Shown here piece by piece: positions 1 through 9,998 of a DNA stretch of 64,000 bases; the first letter of the stretch is position 1; each line of letters starts with the position of its first letter. The stretch comes from Candidatus Poribacteria bacterium (GTDB lineage: Bacteria; Poribacteria; WGA-4E; WGA-3G), in the NCBI GenBank assembly GCA_963665235.2, contig CAXXLX010000001.1:896001-960000 (forward strand). Direction: 5' to 3'. Position numbers and translations under genes: made by a program. The notes under the pieces were generated by a model. It was not told the DNA's origin. It did no database searches and was given only the letters and a program-made list of their open reading frames with translations.

Positions 1-207
1 GGCTAGGTTGTGGTGTGGTTGCGTTTTCTATAAAGATACCGCCCCGCTGGGGAAACCGCGCTTTTGTCCATCGGAGTCTACCGCCCCGCTGGGGCTGCGC
101 TTTTTTTCTATTTTTCTCGTATTTGTATTTGTGTGTGCAACAGTGAGAAAAATCAGAAATGCTTTGCGAATCGGGCATCAGGCGCACAGATAGTGTCCAA
201 ACCATAG
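1..207. mobile_element. Right part of a MITE of the CTA...TTTGGACAA TIR family carrying CCCCGCTGGGG palindromes (left end outside window)
   Basis: Bases 27-207 are colinear with 9366-9513 (tataaagataccgccccgctggggaaaccgcg...aaaatcagaaatgctttg...ggcatcagg...gtccaaac(c/t)atag). Confidence 0.7.
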
Positions 208-380
208 GACTATATTAGTCAAACCCCTCTTTTTCCGAGTTCTCCGTGTCCTCTGTGTCCTCCGCGATTTGCGGTGTACTCGCCCAAATGCGCCGTGCAT
301 TCAGACAGTACACAAGCGAGATCCACTCTTCCATCCTTCCCCTCTTCCACCCTTCCACCTTTCCTCTGTCATTACGGAAT

Positions 381-409
381 TTGACAAAAAACCTTTAACC
401 TGTTAAAAT
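381..409 (+). promoter_or_regulatory. sigma70-type promoter
   Basis: TTGACA-17 bp-TAAAAT, 32 bp upstream of the ATG at 442. Confidence 0.65.
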
Positions 410-441
410 ATTGCACAAGTCCACGCTAAAAAACAAAAACT

Positions 442-1497
442 ATGAAGAAAAACAGAGATAGAATTTCCCTACTCGTATCTTTTGCGGTGCATATTGCCGT
501 GATATTGGCAGTGTCGCCGTTTATAGTGAAGTATTACAACGACTCGAACGACACTATTTCCGCCGAGTTTATCAAGGCTGAACCGCGTCCACAAGTGAAA
601 CGGCAAGTGTTAAATCGACATTTGCTACGGATTTTACCTGTCGAACCTGCGGCGGAATCTGCGCCATCGCTTGCCTCCCCGACTTACGCACCAGAGGTGC
701 AAGCTCCTAAAGCCCCTGTTCACGCGGACCTGGTCCCGACGGTCGTCACGCATGTCAGTATACCGGAGTCAGCCGCACCTTCACTACCGAACGCTAGTTT
801 TGGGGAGGATATGAGCGGGGGCGGTCCGGTCGTCATTCCAGGGCTTCAGGGGAGAGGCCGCGGTCATACACCCGGGACCGGTCTAAGAGGGAGCGGCAAA
901 GGTGAAGGCAGCGGTGTCGGCAAGGGATTGGCTAGCCTCGTGAAAGTAGCAGACCTCGGTGCCGTGGGTGATTTGGGGAAGAGCCCCGGGCTCGGTATTT
1001 TCAACACTGACGTTGTGCCGGGACACGGATTAATCGGGCAGGTCTATGTGCCTGGTACTCCCATCACAAAGATGCCGGTTTTTGAACGTTTGACACCCGT
1101 TTATACATTTCTTACGGCGAACTTGGATGTCCCTACGAGAAATTATAACAGCGGTTTTCCTACACCGGAGAAGCAGACTGTCGTTGAAAACTTCGCAATT
1201 CGCTTCCGTGGAAAATTAGCTGTCGGTAAACCCGGCACCTATATCTTCGAACTTTACTCCGATGATGGTGCGAAGTTATACATCAACAAGAAATTGGTTA
1301 TCAATAACGATGGGGTCCATCCGGCGCAAAGTAGACGGGGAAAATTTGCACTTCAAGCAGGTATGCACCCTGTCGAAATTCACTATTTCCAGGGGCCCCG
1401 GTTCCAAATTGCATTGCGATGGTTCTACAAACCGCCAAACGGAGCTATGCAGATTGTGCCGTCTCGCGTTATTTTTCACCCTGGTGCCGCCAATTGA
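442..1497 (+). CDS. Membrane-anchored PA14-domain protein
   Basis: N-terminal TM (SLLVSFAVHIAVILAV), Pro/Gly-rich linker, C-terminal PA14 motifs (NFAIRFRG, F.LYSDDGAKLYI, NNDGVH, G.HPVEIHYFQ). Confidence 0.8.
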   Translation: MKKNRDRISLLVSFAVHIAVILAVSPFIVKYYNDSNDTISAEFIKAEPRPQVKRQVLNRHLLRILPVEPAAESAPSLASPTYAPEVQAPKAPVHADLVPTVVTHVSIPESAAPSLPNASFGEDMSGGGPVVIPGLQGRGRGHTPGTGLRGSGKGEGSGVGKGLASLVKVADLGAVGDLGKSPGLGIFNTDVVPGHGLIGQVYVPGTPITKMPVFERLTPVYTFLTANLDVPTRNYNSGFPTPEKQTVVENFAIRFRGKLAVGKPGTYIFELYSDDGAKLYINKKLVINNDGVHPAQSRRGKFALQAGMHPVEIHYFQGPRFQIALRWFYKPPNGAMQIVPSRVIFHPGAAN

Positions 1498-1549
1498 GGA
1501 GGCTGCAAAGGCCCAATTAGGAGTCGCTCCTACAATGGAGGAACAGAAC

Positions 1550-2341
1550 ATGAATTGCGCGTCGGATTGTGCTGATGAATCCAACGTGTTTGCCACAAGA
1601 GAGAAGATGCGAACTTTTTTGATTACCTCCACTATTTTTTTTACGATGTCCCTCCCGGCGACACTGCTGAATTCGGCGGAAAGACACCAACATGAGTTTA
1701 CCTTCGTTCGGCTCAAATATCGCGGGGAACTCACGCGTCTCAGTAGCTGGCGGGTAGATTGGCCGGCTTCCGACCGTAATTTTCTTTTTCAACTCCGCAA
1801 ACACACAAACGTCGATGCCGCCCCCCGTGAAAAAATTATTGAGGTCGGGTCAGAGGAACTCTTCGACTATGCATTCGCTTATATGTTGGAGGTCGGCAGT
1901 CTGCGGCTCAGCAAAGCGGAGGCAGCAAATCTACGCGAATACCTCTTACGCGGCGGGTTCATTTTTGTCGACGACTTCCACGGCCAACGCGAATGGCGAT
2001 GGTTCTATAGAGAACTGAAAAAAATTTTTCCACATCGAGAACCGGTGGATATTCCTATATCACATCCAATTTTTCACTGCTTCTTTAAAATTGACAAGCT
2101 GATTCAGATTCCCGGGCTCCGCTCCCTCTTTAGTGGACGGACTTACGAACGTGTAGATGGGCATCCTGCTTACTGTCGCGGTGTATATGATGACAAAGGG
2201 CGGCTGATGATGATGATCAATTTTAATACGGACTTAGGCGATGCATGGGAACACGCCGCAGAGGATTTCTACCCGCATAAATATTCCAATATGGCACTGA
2301 AAATGGGCATTAATGCCGTTATCTACTCGCTTACCCATTAA
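1550..2341 (+). CDS. DUF4159 family protein
   Basis: Motifs FVRLKY, W..DWP.SD.N, LREYLLRGGFIFVDDF, HPIFH, NTDLGDAWE; GGAGG RBS before ATG 1550 (alternative start 1607). Confidence 0.8.
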   Translation: MNCASDCADESNVFATREKMRTFLITSTIFFTMSLPATLLNSAERHQHEFTFVRLKYRGELTRLSSWRVDWPASDRNFLFQLRKHTNVDAAPREKIIEVGSEELFDYAFAYMLEVGSLRLSKAEAANLREYLLRGGFIFVDDFHGQREWRWFYRELKKIFPHREPVDIPISHPIFHCFFKIDKLIQIPGLRSLFSGRTYERVDGHPAYCRGVYDDKGRLMMMINFNTDLGDAWEHAAEDFYPHKYSNMALKMGINAVIYSLTH

Positions 2342-2347
2342 TGGCTA

Positions 2348-2910
2348 CTGAGCTTTGGACAATCAATTTTAGGGGGGCGTAAAGTTTATCAAAGGAATAG
2401 GTGGAAGGATGGAAGATTGGAAGAATGGAAGGATGGAAGCGGGGAAGGATGGAAGGATGGAAGATTGGAGGGATGGAAGATTGGAAGATGGAAGGATGGA
2501 AGATTGGAAGAATGGAAGGATGGAAGATTGGAGGGATGGAAGATTGGAGGGATGGAAGATTGGAAGGATGGAAGGATGGAAGATTGGAGGGATGGAAGCG
2601 CGGAAGATTGGAGGGATGGAAGATTGGAAGAATGGAAGGATGGAAGCGGGGAAGGATGGAAGATTGGATTTCGCGTGTGTTGTCTGAATCGCGGAAAACA
2701 CAGAGAACACAGAGAACGCGGAAAAAGAGGTTTCTTGCTAACATGTGTGCATTTTTCGTCTGAATCGCGGATTAGCACAGAGAATGCAGCGGACGCGGAT
2801 TTTAAATCGATTAGTCATTGGCAAGAGGAAGAGGGTTTTGACGCGCGGCAGAGACAGGCTTAGCATCACAAACTTCTTGCTAACAGCCAACAGCCAACAG
2901 CCAGAAGAGA
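2348..2910. repeat. Composite repeat element: TTTGGACAA-type left end, GGAAGGAT/GGAAGATT 8-mer microsatellite (2401-2668), gtctgaatcgcgga motifs and aacagcc tail
   Basis: Low-complexity octamer run; flanks homologous to 18763-19010. Confidence 0.75.
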
Positions 2911-2912
2911 GA

Positions 2913-4394
2913 CTACCGTCTACGTTTTGGCGTGGTGCAAATATCACACACCAATTTTTCTAGTATGCATATTGCCTCTAACGGTTTTGCCTCCTTGACA
3001 GGCGAGACGATTTTCAACCTGCCCTGTTCCAAAATATAGGTTGCATCGAACGTCCCGGTGCCCGGTTTCAATTGGAGGTCGGCTTCTAAGATTTTCTCTA
3101 GGGCATTCATTAACTCGTCAGCAGTGAAAGCGTGGAGCGTTTGAAAAAGTTTGTAGGCGACATAAGGATTCTTCTTCAGAATATTATACGTGGCGGATTT
3201 CGGTAAAAGGTCTGCTAGCTCGTCAGCGAGCGGTTGAAAAACATTTTTGGTAAAATCAGGGAACGACATCCTCCCTCCGATCGGTTTCCCGTTTCTTTGC
3301 GAAATGAGTTTGGCTTGGAGGGCAAACCGAAATTGACTCGCTATTGCAGCATTAAGCACGATAGGCTCCTGCCCTCCTGCTAAGACCTCGTGAAGGCTTT
3401 TCAATGCGCGCCCGGTTGCCCGTTTCGCAATAGCATCCGTAAGGTCGAAGATGTTATCAAACGTGGTTTGCGTCACCATGTTTCGGACATCCTGTTCATC
3501 AATTTGATGTTTATCGCCAACGAAATCGATGATTTTGTTAATAGCTTCCGCAATTGTCCGCATATCGCCGCCGGTACGATTTCGGAGCAACGCGAAAGCT
3601 CGGGGGGAAATCTTTTTCTGATGTGTCTCAAACTTTTCTACCACTTTTTTATAAAGTGGGTCACGGTTGATTGAATTCCCTGCTTCCAAAGGTGCAAAAG
3701 TGACATATCTCCCGACCTCTTGGATAGCTTTCGCGAGCGGATGTTTTTCGCTCACGTCCCCTTTTACCGTGAAGATAAGCACCCCTGTTTTCGGTAAACT
3801 GCCTTGCAGCCATTCCAACAAGCGTGCAGCATCGTCAGCCCCACCCTTATCTTGGCTGCTAGACTGAGAGGTACCCTCCAATTGTGTGGCGAGTTTAGGC
3901 AAACGTTTAAAGAACGTTCGCGCCTCTTCGGTCAGTGCGTCCCCCATGTCGTCGGACATATCTTGCAGGGCAGTGTTGAAATCGGGATGTTCATTTGCAA
4001 TCTGTAACGTAGAGACCCCTATGAGTTTTGCGATACTCGTGACACACTTTTTAACGTCCTCGGTTTCATGCCGCATTGCAGTGCGGATGACCGTTGCGGG
4101 GGAGGTGCCCCGTCTTCGTGTTTGGGCAAACAGTGGGGAATCGCTGACGACGACAACCCGCCGTTCGGACATGAGCGGATACACCTCAACATGGCTGAGT
4201 ATGTCTCTGACCGATACATTCGCCCCATCTAAGTAGGTTAAGTTGAAATCGCGAGCATCGGGCGGCAAGAGGGTTTCTATCATCTGCTTGAGGGTGCCTT
4301 CAATGAGAAAACTCTCCTCGCCACAGAGTAGGTAAACGGGAAAAACCTTATTCCCTTGTACTTCGCGAAGGATGTTCGGTTGTTTTTGTTTCAT
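2913..4394 (-). CDS. holA: DNA polymerase III subunit delta, with a long insertion
   Basis: PVYLLCGEESFLI, DFNLTYLDG, P.MSERRVVVV, NIFDLTDAI, ADLQLK. Confidence 0.88.
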   Translation of the reverse strand: MKQKQPNILREVQGNKVFPVYLLCGEESFLIEGTLKQMIETLLPPDARDFNLTYLDGANVSVRDILSHVEVYPLMSERRVVVVSDSPLFAQTRRRGTSPATVIRTAMRHETEDVKKCVTSIAKLIGVSTLQIANEHPDFNTALQDMSDDMGDALTEEARTFFKRLPKLATQLEGTSQSSSQDKGGADDAARLLEWLQGSLPKTGVLIFTVKGDVSEKHPLAKAIQEVGRYVTFAPLEAGNSINRDPLYKKVVEKFETHQKKISPRAFALLRNRTGGDMRTIAEAINKIIDFVGDKHQIDEQDVRNMVTQTTFDNIFDLTDAIAKRATGRALKSLHEVLAGGQEPIVLNAAIASQFRFALQAKLISQRNGKPIGGRMSFPDFTKNVFQPLADELADLLPKSATYNILKKNPYVAYKLFQTLHAFTADELMNALEKILEADLQLKPGTGTFDATYILEQGRLKIVSPVKEAKPLEAICILEKLVCDICTTPKRRR

Positions 4395-4477
4395 GGTGGC
4401 TATTGGAAACCATTGGCTGTTGGCTGTTGGCTATTGGTTGATAACCGTTGTCGGGATATCTGTAGCCTCTTCCTCTT

Positions 4478-4541
4478 CTGTAGAAGCGTGCTGTGCACGC
4501 GATACATTATATCTTCTGTAGGAGCGTGCTGTGCACGCGAT
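4478..4541. repeat. GTAG-family REP palindromes (tgtaggagcgtgctgtgcacgcga), two copies here and a third at 5525-5548 beyond the MITE
   Basis: GTAG tetranucleotide followed by GCGTGC-TGT-GCACGC hairpin. Confidence 0.75.
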
Positions 4542-4546
4542 ACATA

Positions 4547-5515
4547 ATACCATTTTTATTAATTATTCTATCATTACCGGTTGTTTAGAAATGAAACGGA
4601 GAACGGAAGACCCAAACTGGAAGTTTATGCTACAAGAATCGCACAAACTGGAAGTTTATGCTACAAGAATCGCCCAAACTGGAAGTTTATGCTACAAGAA
4701 CAAGAATCGCACAAACTGGAAGTTTATGCTACAAGAATCGCACAAACTGGAAGTTTATGCTACAAGAACAAGAATCGCACAAACTGGAAGTTTATGCTAC
4801 AAGAAACAAACTGGAAGTTTATGCTTCGCACAAACTGGAAGTTTATTCGCCCAAACTGGAAGTTTATGCTACAAGAACCGCACAAACTGGAAGTTTATGC
4901 TACAAGAATCGCACAAACTGGAAGTTTATGCTAAGTTTATGCTACAAGAATCGCCCAAACTGGAAGTTTATGCTACAAGAACCGCACAAACTAAAAGTTT
5001 ATGCTACAAGAATCGCACAAACTAAAAGTTTATGCTACGAATCGCCCAAACTGGAAGTTTATGCTACAAACTGGAAGTTTATACAAGAATCGCCAAACTG
5101 GAAGTTTATGCTACAAGAACCGCACAAACTAAAAATACAAGAATCGCACAAACTGGAAGTTTATGCTACAAGAACCGCACAAACTAAAAGTTTATGCTAC
5201 AAGAATCGCACAAACTAAAAGTTTATGCTACAAGAATCGCACAAACTGGAAGTTTATGCTACAAGAACCGCACAAACTGGAAGTTTATGCTACAAGAATC
5301 GCACAAACTGGAAGTTTATGCTACAAGAATCGCACAAACTGGAAGTTTATGCTACAAGAATCGCCCAAACTGGAAGTTTATGCTACAAGAACGCGCACTA
5401 AAAACTGGAAGTTTATGCTACAAGAATCGCACAAACTGGAAGTTTATGCTACAAGAACCGCACAAACTGGAAGTTTATGCTACAAGAAAGAGACATTTTC
5501 AATTAGAAATGGTAT
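4547..5515. mobile_element. IS630-like MITE (ATACCATTT...AAATGGTAT, TA-flanked) containing an expanded ~31-bp REP tandem array
   Basis: Imperfect TIRs; same left and right arms as 32616-32893; roughly 28 degenerate copies of cacaaactggaagtttatgctacaagaatcg at ~4610-5487. Confidence 0.75.
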
Positions 5516-5562
5516 AATATTTTCTGTAGGAGCGTGCTGTGCACGCGATACCTCCTACCGTT

Positions 5563-7962
5563 CTATAACGGCCGAATGATGATTTTTACCTTCGTGCCTT
5601 TAGGCGGCACCAAATCGGTGTTGGCACGATAGGTGCGGTCATCTGTTCCCCCAGGCAACGCGTGATTGAAAAGTGAGTCCGGGTCACGATAAACAGCGAT
5701 AACGTTATGAAACTTTTGCGCGGTCAGTTGGTTGTTGATAAGTCTACCGCCGCTAAAAATCCACGGTGTTTTTTGCATCGGTTGTTCCGTGAAGGCATTC
5801 CATACTAATTCTTCCGCCCGGTGTAGGACGACTTCATCTTGGCGTTTCCATTGCACCCAAATTTCAGCAGTATCGCCCTTCGGTTCACGCGGGTCGCCTT
5901 GTGCCGTGAGATGATTCATACCGGGCTCCATTTCAAGCAGACCGAGGGCGACAAATATCTGCATAGGTTCGGCATCAATCATCAAAAGACTTTCGTAAGT
6001 TTTGCCAAGGTTTCCACATGCAAAAAATTCGAGGATAGTCTCTTCACTTGTAGCGTTAATTTCACCGGGGAAGGTAATTTCGCGTTTATTTGTGTCGCAA
6101 ACGACATTGCCCAATTGGTAGATGCCTTCCCCAATTTTGCGGATGCTAGCAAGTTCGGCATCTGTTGCCGCTGTCGATTTTGAATGAACGGTAAGGGGTA
6201 CCGAAGCGGTATTGTCGCTTTCATCCGCGTCTTCAAAGTCAACCTGCACGCTAATCTCCATCTCCCCCTCTTCCGGGGGTGCCCAATCTACGGAGACAGT
6301 TGATTCATCCAGAGTGGATGTCCACAAAACCTGTGTTGTTTTAATTGCTACGTCATCCGCATAGAAGGTGACGTTCAGTATATTCTCGAAGGGGGTTCCG
6401 GTATTTCTGAGGGTTGCGCTGAGCCGCGTTGCTTCCCCGGCACGGGGTGCGGGGGGTGAAAACCGTAGGCTCTGCGGGACCACGCCGATATTCGGTTCCG
6501 ATGGCCCGACAAGGGCATGGCTGAGTGTCATGACAGCGAAACAGGTCGCCAAAAAATCGCCATCTGCCCCACGCCATCTGCCGTCCGGCTCCTGCTCCGC
6601 AACCATCATCCCGGATATTTCATTATACCAGTCATACCCTGCGAGTGTCGCTAGCTGGGGCGGAATGTCACAGAAACGTTGCAGCGAGAGAAGATAGTAA
6701 TACAACCACGAATTTGAGCCCGGGTTCCGGGTAAGTGACCAATATTTCTTAATCCAGTCCATCCCCTTCTGCACCTGCGCGTCTTCAACGGGGACACCAC
6801 AGGCACGAAGTGCCCACAGTCCTGTAGCTGTCATACTTCCGTACACCCCGATTGCCCAAGGTGACCCTTGGTCTACGAGGTTATAGAGCCAGCCACCTGT
6901 TTCAGTCTGATTTCGGCGAATCCAATTTTCAGCGCGAGTCCAGGTATCCTGCGGGATAGTCAAGCCTGCACGTTTTCCTACGTAAAGGGCATAGATAACC
7001 ATGTTCATGTGCGCGCCATCAGCGCTGTAACCGTAGCCCCAACCCCCATAATCTCTTGCATCGGAGAATTCGCTCCCTTCGCTAACAGGCAACTGCTTTT
7101 CCACCAACTGATTCACAGCAAATTGAGCACGCGCCCGATAGTCCGGATTCCCTGCTGCTACCAAAACCGGCACAATCACTGCATACCGATAGACCGCGAA
7201 CTCGTTCCAATCCTCTGACAGCAAGTAGTCTAACCCTTTTTGTACCGTTGGATGCGTTTCGGTATACCCAGCAGCAAACAACGCTTGTAAGGCTAAAGCC
7301 GTCTCTTGTACACTATCGTCCCCGAAATTCCATGCGGGGCCCGGCACAAAATCTCTTGCCAACCCTTTCAGGCTTGAACCACAGCGAACGCAGGTTAAAA
7401 TCAGTTGATTTTCAAGACCACATTGCAAACAGGTACGGCTATGTTTGCCCTGTTGCGTCTCCAGCCAGGCAATACCTTTGTCCACTGATACCTGAATTTG
7501 TTCTGCTGTGACCGCATCGAACGTCCGCGCCGTGGCGACTATTGCTGCATGGGCAATGTTGTTCCGATCTCCAGATTCCTGAATATGTTTATCGCCAGAT
7601 GGGTTCACAACTGCATAAATTTCGGTCTTACCCGCCGGCGGCCGCCACTGTGCTTTGACCTGCTTTGTTTTTCCGGGCTCCAATTCCATAATAACATCTT
7701 TACATAGAATTTGGAGCGGTTGCGTTGCAGGCTCTCCCTCGTAAAGGTCAACGACCAAATCTTGATTCATCGTGGGCGATATGTCCCCAACGTTTTTTAC
7801 TGTAATCCAGATGGTAATCTCTTCACCTTCAACAGGGGTTTGATTAGAGAAGGTAATGCTATTGGCATCCAGCTGGAAATCGGGAAGTTGCCCAAAAGCA
7901 CTCCCGAAAAATAGGGCAAAAACAGAAAATATGCCGATTGCGAAAACGTAGTATCTACGCAT
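5563..7962 (-). CDS. Secreted multidomain protein: CARDB/Ig-like + prenyltransferase/squalene-cyclase-like repeats + CARDB + YdjY-like C-terminal domain
   Basis: Signal peptide; V.N.G...NN.A CARDB motifs; QxxxGGW repeats (GGWGY, NQTETGGW, QEPDGRW); C-terminal LEFFAC..GKTYESL...WIFSG...PPKGTKV. Confidence 0.65.
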   Translation of the reverse strand: MRRYYVFAIGIFSVFALFFGSAFGQLPDFQLDANSITFSNQTPVEGEEITIWITVKNVGDISPTMNQDLVVDLYEGEPATQPLQILCKDVIMELEPGKTKQVKAQWRPPAGKTEIYAVVNPSGDKHIQESGDRNNIAHAAIVATARTFDAVTAEQIQVSVDKGIAWLETQQGKHSRTCLQCGLENQLILTCVRCGSSLKGLARDFVPGPAWNFGDDSVQETALALQALFAAGYTETHPTVQKGLDYLLSEDWNEFAVYRYAVIVPVLVAAGNPDYRARAQFAVNQLVEKQLPVSEGSEFSDARDYGGWGYGYSADGAHMNMVIYALYVGKRAGLTIPQDTWTRAENWIRRNQTETGGWLYNLVDQGSPWAIGVYGSMTATGLWALRACGVPVEDAQVQKGMDWIKKYWSLTRNPGSNSWLYYYLLSLQRFCDIPPQLATLAGYDWYNEISGMMVAEQEPDGRWRGADGDFLATCFAVMTLSHALVGPSEPNIGVVPQSLRFSPPAPRAGEATRLSATLRNTGTPFENILNVTFYADDVAIKTTQVLWTSTLDESTVSVDWAPPEEGEMEISVQVDFEDADESDNTASVPLTVHSKSTAATDAELASIRKIGEGIYQLGNVVCDTNKREITFPGEINATSEETILEFFACGNLGKTYESLLMIDAEPMQIFVALGLLEMEPGMNHLTAQGDPREPKGDTAEIWVQWKRQDEVVLHRAEELVWNAFTEQPMQKTPWIFSGGRLINNQLTAQKFHNVIAVYRDPDSLFNHALPGGTDDRTYRANTDLVPPKGTKVKIIIRPL

Positions 7963-7997
7963 AATAATGCCCTCCTATATGCTCCCGGCAATGCCGG

Positions 7998-8960
7998 CTA
8001 TTTTCCTTCCCAATACCCAATTGAGACGCTTGAAGGTTGCGGAATATCGTTTTTGAACAACCGTTTTCCTGCAGATGTCCACTTACTGACCTGTCCCTGG
8101 TATGTATCGCCAAGCAGGTCAGCGACCCAAATTCCACCGTCTGCGGGGGAAAGTCGTATTGCAACAATTGCCATACCGCCTGCAAATTCTTTGAGCTTCT
8201 TACCAGTTGGCGATAGGTTAACGAGCATACTGTTATTCGCAGCAACCCAGACACTGCCATCTTTCGGATTGACGCTTGGCGATACAGGATTTTTCAGCTC
8301 GGTCACTCTTGCCAATTCTTCACCGTTCGGAGAGAGTCGAACGAGGAGATTATTCTGACTATCAGCTACCCAGGCGTTGCCTTGATAATCCACCGTCACA
8401 CCGCCTTTCGGTTCTTTCATCGGCGGGGCGGTTGCAATCTGGTTTCCGTTTGCATCGTAACGGCCGATCGGACCGCGGGCATCCGTTATCCAGCAGCTCC
8501 CATCCTTCGGATTGACAGCAACATTGAATCTTCCGGTTTCTACATTGGGCGGACCGCCTGTCGGAACCACCTGCGCGAGAATTTGGGTGCCATCGCTGGA
8601 TATTTTCCACACGCCATTCAGACCTGCTACCCAGATAGTGCCATCTGCTGGATTAACAGAAATCATGTTGGGGCGTTCAATCGTTGGGGCTTGTGTAAAC
8701 GACTCTGCAGCCGCCGGATCGTACCGGAAAACAGCGTTTGATGCAGAAATAGCAATCCATGCGACACCGTTGGTCGGGTTGACCTCCGCATCGCTCGCTT
8801 GTGTTAAATTCGGAATAACCGTCGGGTCGGCACTACCGTTCGCATTGAGTCTGTAGACGGTATCGCCGCTACTTATGACCCAACACTCACCGTTATACTG
8901 CCCGTAGCTAGTTGCAACACACATGACAGATAATATCAGTATCCAAAATATTTTTTTCAT
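7998..8960 (-). CDS. Secreted beta-propeller (NHL/Vgb-like repeats) protein
   Basis: Signal peptide MKKIFWILIL; repeated VNPxDGxxWVA motifs. Confidence 0.7.
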   Translation of the reverse strand: MKKIFWILILSVMCVATSYGQYNGECWVISSGDTVYRLNANGSADPTVIPNLTQASDAEVNPTNGVAWIAISASNAVFRYDPAAAESFTQAPTIERPNMISVNPADGTIWVAGLNGVWKISSDGTQILAQVVPTGGPPNVETGRFNVAVNPKDGSCWITDARGPIGRYDANGNQIATAPPMKEPKGGVTVDYQGNAWVADSQNNLLVRLSPNGEELARVTELKNPVSPSVNPKDGSVWVAANNSMLVNLSPTGKKLKEFAGGMAIVAIRLSPADGGIWVADLLGDTYQGQVSKWTSAGKRLFKNDIPQPSSVSIGYWEGK

Positions 8961-9054
8961 TTCTTCTCCTCTAACATATTTTAAGATAAAATCCACTGTT
9001 TTTTTAAGTGTAGCATATTTTCAGATATTTTTCAAGACTTTACCATTTTATTTT

Positions 9055-9083
9055 TTGACATTTCTGTAGAAATCTTGTATACT
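9055..9083 (+). promoter_or_regulatory. sigma70-type promoter, probably of the metal efflux operon
   Basis: TTGACA-17 bp-TATACT. Confidence 0.6.
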
Positions 9084-9091
9084 TAAAAATA

Positions 9092-9513
9092 CTAAACTTT
9101 GGACAATTTTAGAGTTTCGATTTGCGTTGTTGTCTGAATGCACGTCGCATTTGGGCGAGTGCGCCGCAAATCGCGGATTATCGCGGATTACACAGATTAC
9201 GCGGATTTTAAGGTGTGTATGCGTCAAGGTTTTGTGATTAAGTGATGTTGCGTTTTTTTGTCTGAATCACGGAAGGCACAGAGGACGCGGAAAGAAGCGG
9301 GGTTTGGCTAAAATCTATAAAGATACCGCCCCGCTGGGGCTATTTTTTGTTTTGTTTGTGTTTTCTATAAAGATACCGCCCCGCTGGGGAAACCGCGCTT
9401 TGGCGCATCGGAGTCTATTTTCTACTGTTTGTATTTGTGTGAGGCACTTAGAGAAAAATCAGAAATGCTTTGAAAATCGGGCATCAGGCTCACAGAAATT
9501 GTCCAAACTATAG
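9092..9513. mobile_element. Complete non-coding MITE with 18-bp imperfect TIRs and 8-bp target duplication
   Basis: TIRs CTAAACTTTGGACAATTT and AAATTGTCCAAACTATAG; TAAAAATA duplicated at 9084-9091 and 9514-9521; contains two tataaagataccgccccgctgggg palindromes. Confidence 0.85.
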
Positions 9514-9550
9514 TAAAAATAGGATGCAGAATCTATCCATTTTCTATTAT

Positions 9551-9976
9551 CAACGTTCCGCGACAAAACCCAATCCTTTAGGTTTGGGATGTAGTCGCGG
9601 CTAAAAACTCTGATTAACATTAAACCTTTTTGCGAATCTTTCGTCTAATAGATTAGAGTGTACGGTTGCTATAGAGGGCAGTTACGCGCCTCATTGATTA
9701 GACTTCCTATAGTGTAAAGCTCTAATGTCGTAGTCAGAAAGCGTAGCGCGACAGTCGTTAGTAGGGAAAGACAGGTAATGCTGAAACCCGTTTGAACAAT
9801 ACGACTCAAAACAAATTTCACAAGGACACTTCGGTGTCGCAGTCAGGGTAGTGTCTGTTGCAGTAGGCTTCTGTCCCTGGAGAACCGCTATAGGTTTTCT
9901 AAACAAGGTCGTTGATCGCACGAAAGCTTTCGCATAACTTTGCGGAAGCCCAAGTCTTTAGACTTGGGTCTATCAC
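9551..9976 (+). mobile_element. Non-autonomous IS200/IS605-family element (no tnpA/tnpB)
   Basis: Left hairpin ccgcgac..cccaatcc-ttta-ggtttggg..gtcgcgg after TTAT; right hairpin gcccaagtc-ttta-gacttgggt followed by terminal TCAC. Confidence 0.7.
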
Positions 9977-9998
9977 TCTCACTGTGAGTTGAACCGTC

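Noticed and set aside
1262-1549. Long N-terminal extension of the DUF4159 ORF
   Set aside because: It overlaps the PA14 gene; the RBS supports a start at 1550 or 1607.
2331-2863. Multiple ORFs over the GGAAG microsatellite
   Set aside because: Low-complexity translations on both strands.
4610-5487. CRISPR array or repeat-protein ORFs (4531-5579)
   Set aside because: Head-to-tail units have no unique spacers; ORFs in all frames are by-products of the repeat.
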